From a virus, in IMG/VR virus record IMGVR_UViG_3300045988_145460: 33,977 bases of DNA. One strand, written 5' to 3'. Within the stretch, counting starts at the first letter, position 1. Each line of letters starts with the position of its first letter. Shown piece after piece: positions 1-7,503 of this stretch. The notes beneath the pieces were generated by a model. It had not been told where the DNA came from and searched no databases. It worked only from the letters and a program-made list of their open reading frames with translations. The translations under genes were made by a program, and so were the position numbers.

Positions 1-33
1 AAACAAGTTTCTGTTTACCCAATCGCAAAATAA
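1..33 (+). repeat. attL core (33-bp direct repeat AAACAAGTTTCTGTTTACCCAATCGCAAAATAA)
   Basis: Exact copy of 33945-33977. Lies next to the integrase end of the element. Frame 1 reads KQVSVYPIAK-stop. Confidence 0.85.
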
Positions 34-55
34 TTGCTTTAGATAGCATAAAATA

Positions 56-90
56 AGGCTCTCCGAATATAACGGAGAGCCTGTTTTTTT
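56..90 (+). terminator. Strong rho-independent terminator just inside attL
   Basis: 10-bp GC-rich stem AGGCTCTCCG / CGGAGAGCCT with a 7-nt loop, followed by G plus T7. It also lies downstream of int on the minus strand, where only a weaker U-tract (TATTTTAT) follows. Confidence 0.8.
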
Positions 91-94
91 GTTT

Positions 95-115
95 TGATAC
101 CCACGGTGATACCCA
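95..115 (+). repeat. Tandem TGATACCCA x2 (12-bp period), putative integrase arm-type sites
   Basis: TGATACCCA at 95-103 and 107-115. The same pair, with the same spacing and orientation, recurs at 33822-33842 near attR. Confidence 0.55.
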
Positions 116-119
116 TATT

Positions 120-1223
120 CTAAAAACCAATGTAGGAAGCAAATTTGTCAGCAACTTCATTTTTTGCTTTTTGGGTGACGTGAGCATATATGTCCATCGT
201 AGTTTGTATATTTTCATGCCCTAGTCGTTCCTGGACCTCTTTGATCGTTGCTCCAGCCTCAAACAGTAGGGAGCAATGTGTATGTCTGAATCCGTGAGGA
301 GTGATACGCTTGAAATCAGGGTACCTTCTCCAAACTCGATTCAGCAAATTATTGACATGCACAATACTTTTAGGGCTACCTGATTCATTTTTAAATAATA
401 AGCCTTTTGTACTGTATTTGTGCCAATCTTTCAAAATTTCAATAGTTTTTGGATCCAGCGATATTGTTCGCTGGCTTTTTTTCGTTTTTGGAGTCTGAAA
501 TATGATTTTATTGTTTTCTCCCTTGGCTAGTGTTTGATTAACTTTAAGTTGTCCGCTCTCTAAATCAATATCAGTCCATCTTAATGCGCCTACTTCGTTC
601 TTCCTCATTCCTGTGAAAGCCAATAAACGGAAGAAAGTGAGCATTTCTATATCATCAAGTTCTTGGACCATTTCAAAAAAAGTTTTCAGTTCTTCTTTAT
701 TATAGAATTGTTCAAGCTCTTCCTTATCTTTCTTTTTTCTTTTTGGTTTTAGAGTTTTTCTCATTGGATTGCTATCAATCAATTCCATAGATATTGCATA
801 ATCAAATATCTGATTAGCAATGCTGATGATCCCAAAAAATCTCTTATAGTCTTCAGCCCATTTATTGACCTGAGATTGGCACATTGATAGAGTAATTTTA
901 TTTATGAGTTTATCTCCAAAATGAGGGATAATAAGTCTATCTGCTTTGTCAATTTGACTAACATAGGTTGATTCTTTAACTGTATTTCTATAATGCTCTT
1001 TCCAAGTTTCATATACCTGTTTGAAAGTAGTAGTTGTATTTCTGGTTCTAAAGGTTTTCTTCTCATAATCAGCTAAACACTTAGCTTCAGCAAGTCTAGC
1101 TTCACGTTCGGTTTTAAAACCACGCCTAAGAGTTACAATTTTCTTTCCCGTTAAAGGATCAATTCCATGATAGGCTTTAAAATAGTAGGCAAAACCATCA
1201 CCTTTTTTATATTTTTTGATCAT
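120..1223 (-). CDS. int: Tyrosine-type site-specific integrase
   Basis: 367-aa ORF with catalytic motifs TGMRKNE (Arg), HGFRHTH (His-x-x-Arg) and GHENIQTTMDIYAHV (His...Tyr). GAGGT RBS. Adjacent to attL. Confidence 0.95.
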   Translation of the reverse strand: MIKKYKKGDGFAYYFKAYHGIDPLTGKKIVTLRRGFKTEREARLAEAKCLADYEKKTFRTRNTTTTFKQVYETWKEHYRNTVKESTYVSQIDKADRLIIPHFGDKLINKITLSMCQSQVNKWAEDYKRFFGIISIANQIFDYAISMELIDSNPMRKTLKPKRKKKDKEELEQFYNKEELKTFFEMVQELDDIEMLTFFRLLAFTGMRKNEVGALRWTDIDLESGQLKVNQTLAKGENNKIIFQTPKTKKSQRTISLDPKTIEILKDWHKYSTKGLLFKNESGSPKSIVHVNNLLNRVWRRYPDFKRITPHGFRHTHCSLLFEAGATIKEVQERLGHENIQTTMDIYAHVTQKAKNEVADKFASYIGF

Positions 1224-1299
1224 TGATTTTTACCTCATTTCTTGTTAAAATGGGTATAGTAAAGAGGGCTTTTTAACGCCTATTTTTACTATACAGTAT

Positions 1300-1341
1300 A
1301 TCCTCACAATTTGCTTTGGTCGGCGGTGTGAGGATTTTTTA
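1300..1341. terminator. Hairpin abutting the abi stop codon, with its T-tract on the plus strand
   Basis: 9-bp stem ATCCTCACA / TGTGAGGAT (1300-1308 / 1327-1335) with an 18-nt loop, then TTTTT on the plus strand. No U-tract in the minus-strand sense. Confidence 0.45.
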
Positions 1342-2397
1342 TAAAAATTTTATTTTGTAAATTTCAGCTATCCTGTTTAAAAAGTCTTCTGGTATATTTA
1401 GCGTTGCATATATATCTCCTCTTGGAGAATAGTTGATTTTAGGATTGAATTCATCATTTGTAAATAAAGCACCAAAATCATATAAATACTGCCTGAATAC
1501 AATAGGGTCATTAATTAACACGGCAATAGAAATCATTACAGCAAACAAATCTTTTTTCCCGATTCCACTAAGATATTCTTCTTCAGTTAGAATTTCTTTT
1601 GAAAGTGCCGAAAGAAGAAGGACTTTGGTTAATTCATTTGTCACATTCGATAAAAAAGTTCTATTACCGTGTGCTATATTATTTCTATATTCTTGTAATA
1701 AAGATAACATAGAGAGAAGTAGCTCCTTTGCGTTTTCTCCATCTAATTCGGAATATTCGAAGAATTGGTTTGCTATATCAATTTTTATATCTTCTCTACA
1801 AATTTTGTACCAATTAATTGTGGTTCCAAAATAAATACCACCAGTTGCTACCCATGGAGGAATATCGCCATGCTTTATCCTGTAATGCTGAATCGAAGCA
1901 CTGTTCTTATTATTATCAATTTGATTTTTTATATTACTAATTTCTGATTTTCGATCAAGCTCGCCATTGGATTTATACTTTTCAAAATCTAAATATTCCA
2001 ACATAGAAACTCCAATTTTTTGAGCAATTTTGTAGGATAGTTTAGTTTTTAAGGATTTTTCAATATATATTATATATTTGAACAATAAATTGTTTAGCGC
2101 TTGATCTATCAGAAAAATTCGATGCAATGAAGCAAATGAAACGGGCTCATTAAATTGTTCGATGTTTAATTCATCATTAAAAAAAGTCCCGAATATATCT
2201 TTATAGCCATTCACAATTCCATAATAAGAAATACTTTGAAGAACTTCTTTTGTGAAAATCTCATTTTCAATAACGATTCCCTTATTTCTCATTAATGCAA
2301 TTTGTTGATTGTATGTTAGAAAAGGTTTATTAGTAGACAAAAAAGAAAACCTCCTATCTGGAAGATAGAAGGTATTCCTAGCCACATCCGTAGCCAT
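1339..2397 (-). CDS. Abi_2 (AbiD/AbiF-like) abortive-infection family protein
   Basis: 352-aa ORF. The N-terminal KPFLTYNQQIALMRNKGIVIE...ISYYGIVNGY and the central YRNNIAHGNR motif resemble the Abi_2 family. Sits in the lysogeny-module cargo position. Confidence 0.75.
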   Translation of the reverse strand: MATDVARNTFYLPDRRFSFLSTNKPFLTYNQQIALMRNKGIVIENEIFTKEVLQSISYYGIVNGYKDIFGTFFNDELNIEQFNEPVSFASLHRIFLIDQALNNLLFKYIIYIEKSLKTKLSYKIAQKIGVSMLEYLDFEKYKSNGELDRKSEISNIKNQIDNNKNSASIQHYRIKHGDIPPWVATGGIYFGTTINWYKICREDIKIDIANQFFEYSELDGENAKELLLSMLSLLQEYRNNIAHGNRTFLSNVTNELTKVLLLSALSKEILTEEEYLSGIGKKDLFAVMISIAVLINDPIVFRQYLYDFGALFTNDEFNPKINYSPRGDIYATLNIPEDFLNRIAEIYKIKFL

Positions 2398-2443
2398 TTA
2401 ATTCTCTTCTATCTTATCACTATTTTATGATCGCGTCAAGTCA

Positions 2444-2818
2444 TTATAATTTCAATTTAACTAAATCTCCAACTTGAATCTTAGGATTTTTTGCTTTTAG
2501 TGGATTAATGTCTTTTTCATTCACATCAAGAGCACTCTTTACCGTCTGTTTCCCACCATTCAAAAAACTGGATACAGAGAACGTAGTATCCTCCTTTATG
2601 CTTTGAGCAATTGAAAATTTAGGATAGACTTCAGTGATAATTAATTCCCCTTTTAAAAAATCATATCTACCAAGAGAATTACCGTCTATATCTGTAATCT
2701 CAGGTCCGGGTTCATAAATGCTTATTTTTGTATCCACATGAATTGATTTAGATTCATATCCTTTATCTATCATAATTGTATATTGATCTAAAATACGGAT
2801 AACTTTTGCAATAGCCAT
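2444..2818 (-). CDS. Hypothetical protein (124 aa), upstream partner of the abi gene
   Basis: Strong RBS AAGGAGAAAAATA-ATG. Only 46 nt separate it from abi, with no hairpin, so co-transcription is likely. No family recognised by eye. Confidence 0.7.
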   Translation of the reverse strand: MAIAKVIRILDQYTIMIDKGYESKSIHVDTKISIYEPGPEITDIDGNSLGRYDFLKGELIITEVYPKFSIAQSIKEDTTFSVSSFLNGGKQTVKSALDVNEKDINPLKAKNPKIQVGDLVKLKL

Positions 2819-2837
2819 TATTTTTCTCCTTTTTTAT

Positions 2838-2888
2838 AACTAGTGAATCAAACTCGTCTTTGACCATTGTTTCATTAGCGATAGTTAG
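2838..2888 (-). pseudogene. Relic of the 3' end of a second ImmA-like gene
   Basis: The minus strand reads LTIANETMVKDEFDSLV, against KTIANETMVIDEYRSLI at the C-terminus of the intact ImmA (3260-3640). About 22/29 nt are identical in the core. A stop lies just upstream and no start is present. Confidence 0.7.
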
Positions 2889-2973
2889 TCCTTTTATTTA
2901 AGTAACTTTATAAAATTATTTCTTTCATATTTTCTCCAATATCTTTTGTGAAGGTGATAGTAAAAAAATCTAA

Positions 2974-3243
2974 CTAAATAATTTTCTCAAACACCATTGT
3001 AGCCTGGATGCGATCTCCTCCACCTAGGCCCTTGCTGCCACCGTTAGCTGTGCTAATAGTATGAAGTCTGTATCCTTTGGCAGCTTGTTTGTTAATCACA
3101 TCTTCAAGTTCAGTGAGGTTTCCAGATCCAGTACCAAATAACTTTTCTTTCAGTGTTACTTGAAGCACAACATAGTTCAATCCAGTTACTCCTGAAGCTC
3201 CAGAAAAAGAACTTTCTTGTTTAACATTATCAAAAAATCCCAT
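2974..3243 (-). CDS. Small cytoplasmic protein (89 aa), DUF4177-like guess
   Basis: The start is set at the internal ATG (MGFFDN...), which has a perfect AAGGAG RBS. The pattern YVVLQV...LEDVINKQAAKGYRLHTIS resembles DUF4177. It is the last gene of the repressor operon. Confidence 0.6.
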   Translation of the reverse strand: MGFFDNVKQESSFSGASGVTGLNYVVLQVTLKEKLFGTGSGNLTELEDVINKQAAKGYRLHTISTANGGSKGLGGGDRIQATMVFEKII

Positions 3244-3259
3244 AATAATTTCTCCTTTT

Positions 3260-3640
3260 TTAATCAATTAAAGATCTATATTCATCAATCACCATCGTTT
3301 CGTTAGCGATGGTTTTTAAATTATACCGTTCCATAAAATGGATATAATTAAATTCTGACACATCATCCATAGTTTTTAATTCTTCTTCTAATAGATGATG
3401 AATCATGCTACGATCAGCTTGAAGTTCACACAACTCCCTATTAATCTCATACTGGACTGGAGTATGTTCTTTATGGCCCAATTCATGTAGGGCAACTTGC
3501 TTTTGATCTTGCTCTGATAGATTAATATCAATTGCAAGAACATTCAATGCTGGATTAAAGAAGCCTGGACTATGCCATTCGCTCCCATCAAAGTAGCATA
3601 AGCTTACACCCTCAAGGGCACAAAGCTCTTTTACAGTCAT
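3260..3640 (-). CDS. ImmA/IrrE-family zinc metallopeptidase (anti-repressor protease)
   Basis: HELGH zinc motif, size 126 aa, and position immediately downstream of the XRE-type repressor. Confidence 0.85.
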   Translation of the reverse strand: MTVKELCALEGVSLCYFDGSEWHSPGFFNPALNVLAIDINLSEQDQKQVALHELGHKEHTPVQYEINRELCELQADRSMIHHLLEEELKTMDDVSEFNYIHFMERYNLKTIANETMVIDEYRSLID

Positions 3641-3652
3641 ATAAATGCACCT

Positions 3653-4000
3653 CTATTTATTTTTTAAGTGTGCCTCCAAGACTGCTGTAATAAAATCAAT
3701 ATCTTCTTCAGTAAGTGGTTTACCATCGAACAACATAGATTGCGCAGCAATGTCTCGAAGGTCAAGCGGTGCAGAAGCATCACCGTCTGTTGCAATTTTT
3801 GGATTATCAGTGCGTCCTAATAAGTAGTCGATAGACACATTAAAATAATCAGCAATTTTTTGGAGATTATCAGCTTTCGGATTTCCCTTTTTCATACTAT
3901 AAAGATAATTTGTACTAAAATTTAGTTTTTCTTCTAATTGGTTAAGCGAAATTCCTTGCTTTTGGCAAAGTTCTTTAATTTTATCGAACGTCGAAAACAT
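3653..4000 (-). CDS. CI-like XRE-family HTH repressor
   Basis: HTH segment QGISLNQLEEKLNFSTNYLYSMKKG. The start is set at the internal ATG 4000 (MFSTFDK...), preceded by AAAGG. The ORF-track N-terminal extension would run into the operator/promoter region. Confidence 0.85.
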   Translation of the reverse strand: MFSTFDKIKELCQKQGISLNQLEEKLNFSTNYLYSMKKGNPKADNLQKIADYFNVSIDYLLGRTDNPKIATDGDASAPLDLRDIAAQSMLFDGKPLTEEDIDFITAVLEAHLKNK

Positions 4001-4036
4001 TGATATATCAACCTTTCTAAGATACGACAAAAAATA

Positions 4037-4055
4037 TTTAAAATTAATTCTAAAA
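4037..4055. promoter_or_regulatory. Operator copy O1 (TTTAAAATTAATTCTAAAA)
   Basis: Exact reverse complement of 4213-4231. Lies between the repressor start and the early promoter. Confidence 0.65.
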
Positions 4056-4059
4056 ACTA

Positions 4060-4088
4060 TTGACAAAAATTAGAATTAGTTTTAAAAT
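4060..4088 (+). promoter_or_regulatory. Early (lytic-direction) sigma-A type promoter
   Basis: TTGACA (4060-4065), a 17-nt spacer, then TAAAAT (4083-4088). Operator copy O2 occupies the spacer. Confidence 0.7.
4070..4086. promoter_or_regulatory. Operator copy O2
   Basis: TTAGAATTAGTTTTAAA matches 4215-4231 at 16/17 positions in the same orientation. It overlaps the promoter spacer and the -10 element. Confidence 0.6.
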
Positions 4089-4212
4089 AGTTTTTGTAAA
4101 GTAAAAGAGTTAGCAAAACAACATATAAAAACTTTTTCAAAAAATGACAGCTTTGGCGAGCGAGAATCATTAAAGATAAAAGGTTTTAAGATGTCTTTTA
4201 ACTATGCCTTCA

Positions 4213-4231
4213 TTTTAGAATTAATTTTAAA
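4213..4231. promoter_or_regulatory. Operator copy O3 (TTTTAGAATTAATTTTAAA) in the cro leader
   Basis: Perfect 19-bp inverted copy of O1, 157 bp away, lying downstream of the early promoter. Confidence 0.6.
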
Positions 4232-4305
4232 AAATGTCAAGGAATTTTATAAAGTTTTTGACTAATTCTTTTACTGTTTTACAAAAAAAGCAGAAAGGGG
4301 CCTAT

Positions 4306-4518
4306 ATGATGAGCCAACAACATAAACGATGGAATTCATTAGTAGAGGAAGCTCTCGAAAAAAGAGGGTGGTCACGATCAGACTTAGCGACTGTCGTCGG
4401 TGTAAGTCCAGCTACAATAACTCAACTTTTCAAAGAAGGAAAAGGTAGTGATGATCTGAAACTACGAATTAACAAAAAGTTACGGATTAACGAATCATGG
4501 GAAAAATTCGAGGATTAA
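4306..4518 (+). CDS. Cro-like HTH regulator (70 aa)
   Basis: HTH segment WSRSDLATVVGVSPATITQLFKEG. The start is set at ATG 4306, with RBS GAAAGGGG 5 nt upstream. Divergent from the repressor. Confidence 0.75.
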   Translation: MMSQQHKRWNSLVEEALEKRGWSRSDLATVVGVSPATITQLFKEGKGSDDLKLRINKKLRINESWEKFED

Positions 4519-4599
4519 GAAATATAAAAAAGGCACCTAACGAGGTTAGGCGCACTAGAAAAGAAACTACTAATAGTATAACACAAATTGGAGATGACA

Positions 4600-4866
4600 A
4601 TGAATATTCTAAGTGAAGAATTTAAAAACGGAATAAGATCAGTGGTTCGAATTCAATTTAAAGAATCTTTCACTGAATTCTTAGACCAAGAGACATCAGA
4701 GAAACGATGGTTGTCACTAGAAAGTGCAGCGCACTATGCAGATTGCAGTTCAAACACCATCAGAAAATGGATCAAGATGGGATTGAATCTTTATCAAATT
4801 GATGGAACCAAAAGAATTGACAAGAATGAATTAGATAAATTCATTCAACGTAATATCGTTATTTAG
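4600..4866 (+). CDS. Excisionase-like / MerR-type HTH_17 DNA-binding protein
   Basis: WLSLESAAHYADCSSNTIRKWIKMG...ELDKFI is typical of phage Xis/AlpA-like HTH proteins. A GGAG RBS lies 6 nt before ATG 4600. Confidence 0.55.
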   Translation: MNILSEEFKNGIRSVVRIQFKESFTEFLDQETSEKRWLSLESAAHYADCSSNTIRKWIKMGLNLYQIDGTKRIDKNELDKFIQRNIVI

Positions 4867-4884
4867 ATAACAAAGGAGATAAAG

Positions 4885-5238
4885 ATGGCAGTTTCTAGAG
4901 AAATGACTCTAATAGAAACACAAGTGCTAAACACAATCTTACAAAATGCATCATTTGAATTACCAATTCAAGCCAAAGAGCTACAAAGGCGATTTAATTT
5001 AGATAAACGCAAATTAGAACTCATTATTGAGAGCCTTAAAGTAAATTTTGGACATCCTGTTGTTGCAAAAAAAGAAAAAACAAATGGGTATTTCTTGCCA
5101 AAAACAAAGGAAGAACGAGATGCAGGTTTGGCACCCTACAAAAGGCAAATACTAACTGAACAAAAGAATTTGGCAGCAGTATTAGCAATTGATTTAGATG
5201 AATATAACAAGAAATGGAGATCAGAAAATGTTAAATGA
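4885..5238 (+). CDS. Hypothetical early protein, possible winged-helix
   Basis: 117-aa ORF with an AAGGAG RBS. No family recognised with confidence. Confidence 0.6.
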   Translation: MAVSREMTLIETQVLNTILQNASFELPIQAKELQRRFNLDKRKLELIIESLKVNFGHPVVAKKEKTNGYFLPKTKEERDAGLAPYKRQILTEQKNLAAVLAIDLDEYNKKWRSENVK

Positions 5239-5404
5239 AATTATTATTGGTGTATTGGTAATTGTTGTGTTGTTTGAGGCTATCATGGTAAGTGCAATTA
5301 GCCAACGCTGTAAAGAGTCAAAACGGGAATTAAAAAAGTTGATCATGGAAAAACAAAAAATCGAAGAAGCTCGACAAGCTATGCGCTTTGGATATCGTAG
5401 ATAA
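5228..5404 (+). CDS. Small single-pass membrane protein (58 aa)
   Basis: GGAG RBS before ATG 5228. Hydrophobic helix IIIGVLVIVVLFEAIMVSAI followed by a charged tail. Confidence 0.5.
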   Translation: MLNEIIIGVLVIVVLFEAIMVSAISQRCKESKRELKKLIMEKQKIEEARQAMRFGYRR

Positions 5405-5415
5405 GGAGCGATAAA

Positions 5416-6744
5416 ATGGCAGAAAAGACAAATATCCTGCCTCACGACATACTAGCTGAACAGGCGGTACTTGGATCAATTTTCGTTGACCCAGAAAAAA
5501 TCTTTATCGCATCAGAATTTCTTACACAGGAAAGTTTTTATAAGTTATCTCACGGTATTATCTTCAATATTATGGAAGATTTGGCAGATAAGGGGGAACC
5601 AATTGACCCTGTATCTGTAAAATCAGCACTTGACTCTATTGGAGAGTTTGAGCGTATTGGCGGAATGGCTTTTCTTGCTAGTTTGATCAATTCAGTTCCT
5701 ACTAGTGCTCACATTGAACATTATGCAAAGATTGTGGCCGAAAAAGCTAAAGCAAGAGAGGTCATCAATGATCTAGGTAAAGCTCTTGAAACAGTATATC
5801 AGGATCACCAAGATTTGGATGATGTCATAGTAAGACTTGAAAATACACTGACATCTGTAAGTGCTAATCAAAACTCAGGTTTTAGAAACATCATGGACGT
5901 ATTGGATTCCACTAATATCAGAATCGATGAACGATCTAAGCACGTTGGGGATGTTACTGGCCTTGCTACAGGTTTTACCGATTTTGACAAAATAACAACA
6001 GGACTACACGAAGATAACTTAATTATTTTGGCTGCCAGACCTGCCATGGGGAAAACAGCATTTGCTCTGAATATTGCACAGAATGTCGCAATACGAGCAG
6101 GTAAACCAGTAGCTATCTTCTCACTTGAAATGGGGGCTGAGAGTCTAGTAGAACGCATGCTATCCGCTGAAGGAGTGATTTCAGCCTATCACATTCGGAC
6201 AGGGAAGTTATCTGACAGTGAGTGGAGGCGAATGCTCTTAGCACAGGAACAGTTATCAAAGGCTCAACTCTATATTGATGATACCGCTGGCATCAGAATT
6301 TCTGACATCCGAGCACGATCAAAGAAATTAGCTCAAACAACAGGAGAGTTAGGTTTGATTGTTATTGATTATTTACAGTTGATTACTGGCAGAGGTAAAG
6401 AAAATAGACAGCAAGAAGTATCTGAGATCTCTAGACAATTAAAGATTTTAGCTAAGGAATTAAAAGTTCCAGTAATCGCACTAAGTCAACTTTCTCGTGG
6501 AGTAGAACAACGGAATGACAAACGGCCTGTTCTATCAGATCTTCGTGAATCAGGGTCAATTGAACAAGATGCTGACATTGTAGCATTTCTTTACCGAGAT
6601 TCTTACTACCGTCGTGAGGGGCAAGAGGAAGATGATAATGTGACAGAAGTAATCTTTGAAAAGAACCGTCATGGAGGGTTGGGTACCGTCAAATTATTCT
6701 TCCACAAAGAATTTACAAAATTTACAAATATGGAGGTACACTAA
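5416..6744 (+). CDS. dnaB: Replicative DNA helicase, DnaB family
   Basis: 442 aa with the N-terminal DnaB domain (PHDILAEQAVLGS), Walker A ARPAMGKTAF, and the IDYLQL, SQLSR and RESGSIEQDAD motifs. Confidence 0.95.
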   Translation: MAEKTNILPHDILAEQAVLGSIFVDPEKIFIASEFLTQESFYKLSHGIIFNIMEDLADKGEPIDPVSVKSALDSIGEFERIGGMAFLASLINSVPTSAHIEHYAKIVAEKAKAREVINDLGKALETVYQDHQDLDDVIVRLENTLTSVSANQNSGFRNIMDVLDSTNIRIDERSKHVGDVTGLATGFTDFDKITTGLHEDNLIILAARPAMGKTAFALNIAQNVAIRAGKPVAIFSLEMGAESLVERMLSAEGVISAYHIRTGKLSDSEWRRMLLAQEQLSKAQLYIDDTAGIRISDIRARSKKLAQTTGELGLIVIDYLQLITGRGKENRQQEVSEISRQLKILAKELKVPVIALSQLSRGVEQRNDKRPVLSDLRESGSIEQDADIVAFLYRDSYYRREGQEEDDNVTEVIFEKNRHGGLGTVKLFFHKEFTKFTNMEVH

Positions 6745-7503
6745 ATGATTAAAAAATCTGAAGTAGCAGGCTTTCTAGCTTTCTTTAAATTTCCTAAACC
6801 ATTTATTTATGACGAAAAATATAAAAAACTTAGCAACAATGCAAAATTAATGTATATGTTACTGTTTGGTAGGCTTGAACTATCGATAAAGAATGGCTGG
6901 CATGACAGAAAGGGAAATGTTTTTCAATATTATACAAATGAGCAATTAATGATTGATTTAAATAGCAGTGAAAAAACAATCATTAAAGTGAAGAAAGAAT
7001 TAAGAGAGGTGGGCTTACTGGAAGAGATTCGACAAGGAAATAATCTACCAAATAGAATTTATATCAGTCAAGTTGATGGAGCTGTAGAAAATACAGTTCT
7101 TGAACTGGAAAAAGTACAGCATGGAGCTGTAGAAAATACAGTTCTTGAACTGGAAAAAGTACAGACAAACAAGATAGATATTAACGATACTGATAATAAC
7201 AATATTAAGTTGATTTGTCAGGAAGTTATTACTTATCTCAATCAGGTTACAAATAAGAACTTCAACAAAAATACAGCTGGCCATCATAAATACATTAAGG
7301 CACGCTTGAAGGAAGGTTATGAATTAAAAGACTTTAAACATGTGATCAATGTTATGGCAGCTACATGGATGGGAACAGATTATGAACGATATCTACAACC
7401 TCAAACGCTTTTTGGGAATAAGTTTGATAGTTATCTTAATCGTAGTATGCCAAACAATGTCAGATCATTTGCTTCAGCAGTTGATGAAAGGCTAGGATTC
7501 TAA
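6745..7503 (+). CDS. Replication initiator / replisome organiser (RepA_N-like N-terminus, DnaD/Phg_2220_C-like C-terminus)
   Basis: N-terminal FFKFPKPFIYDEKYKKLSNNAKLMYMLL...EKTIIKVKKELREVGLL. C-terminal ITYLNQVTNKNF...PQTLFGNKFDSYLN. Sits between the helicase and the loader. Confidence 0.8.
   Translation: MIKKSEVAGFLAFFKFPKPFIYDEKYKKLSNNAKLMYMLLFGRLELSIKNGWHDRKGNVFQYYTNEQLMIDLNSSEKTIIKVKKELREVGLLEEIRQGNNLPNRIYISQVDGAVENTVLELEKVQHGAVENTVLELEKVQTNKIDINDTDNNNIKLICQEVITYLNQVTNKNFNKNTAGHHKYIKARLKEGYELKDFKHVINVMAATWMGTDYERYLQPQTLFGNKFDSYLNRSMPNNVRSFASAVDERLGF
7078..7164 (+). repeat. Two exact 42-bp tandem copies (45-bp period), putative origin iterons inside the initiator gene
   Basis: 7078-7119 equals 7123-7164 (GGAGCTGTAGAAAATACAGTTCTTGAACTGGAAAAAGTACAG). 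This encodes GAVENTVLELEKVQ twice. An AT-rich stretch follows. Confidence 0.6.

Noticed and set aside
1433-1947. Plus-strand ORFs (133 aa and 60 aa) inside the Abi_2 gene
   Set aside because: They are antisense shadows of a gene with recognisable family motifs, and they have no RBS.
4001-4305. Longer N-terminal extensions of the repressor (start 4066) and Cro (start 4234), and a 24-codon sORF at 4191-4265 in the cro leader
   Set aside because: The extensions lack RBSs and would run through the operators and promoter. The internal ATGs have proper SD spacing. The sORF has a plausible AAGG RBS but there is no evidence of conservation, so it is not called.
7078-7164. CRISPR-like repeat
   Set aside because: There are only two copies. 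They are contiguous with a 3-nt gap rather than having spacers, they are in-frame inside a coding gene, and no cas genes are present.
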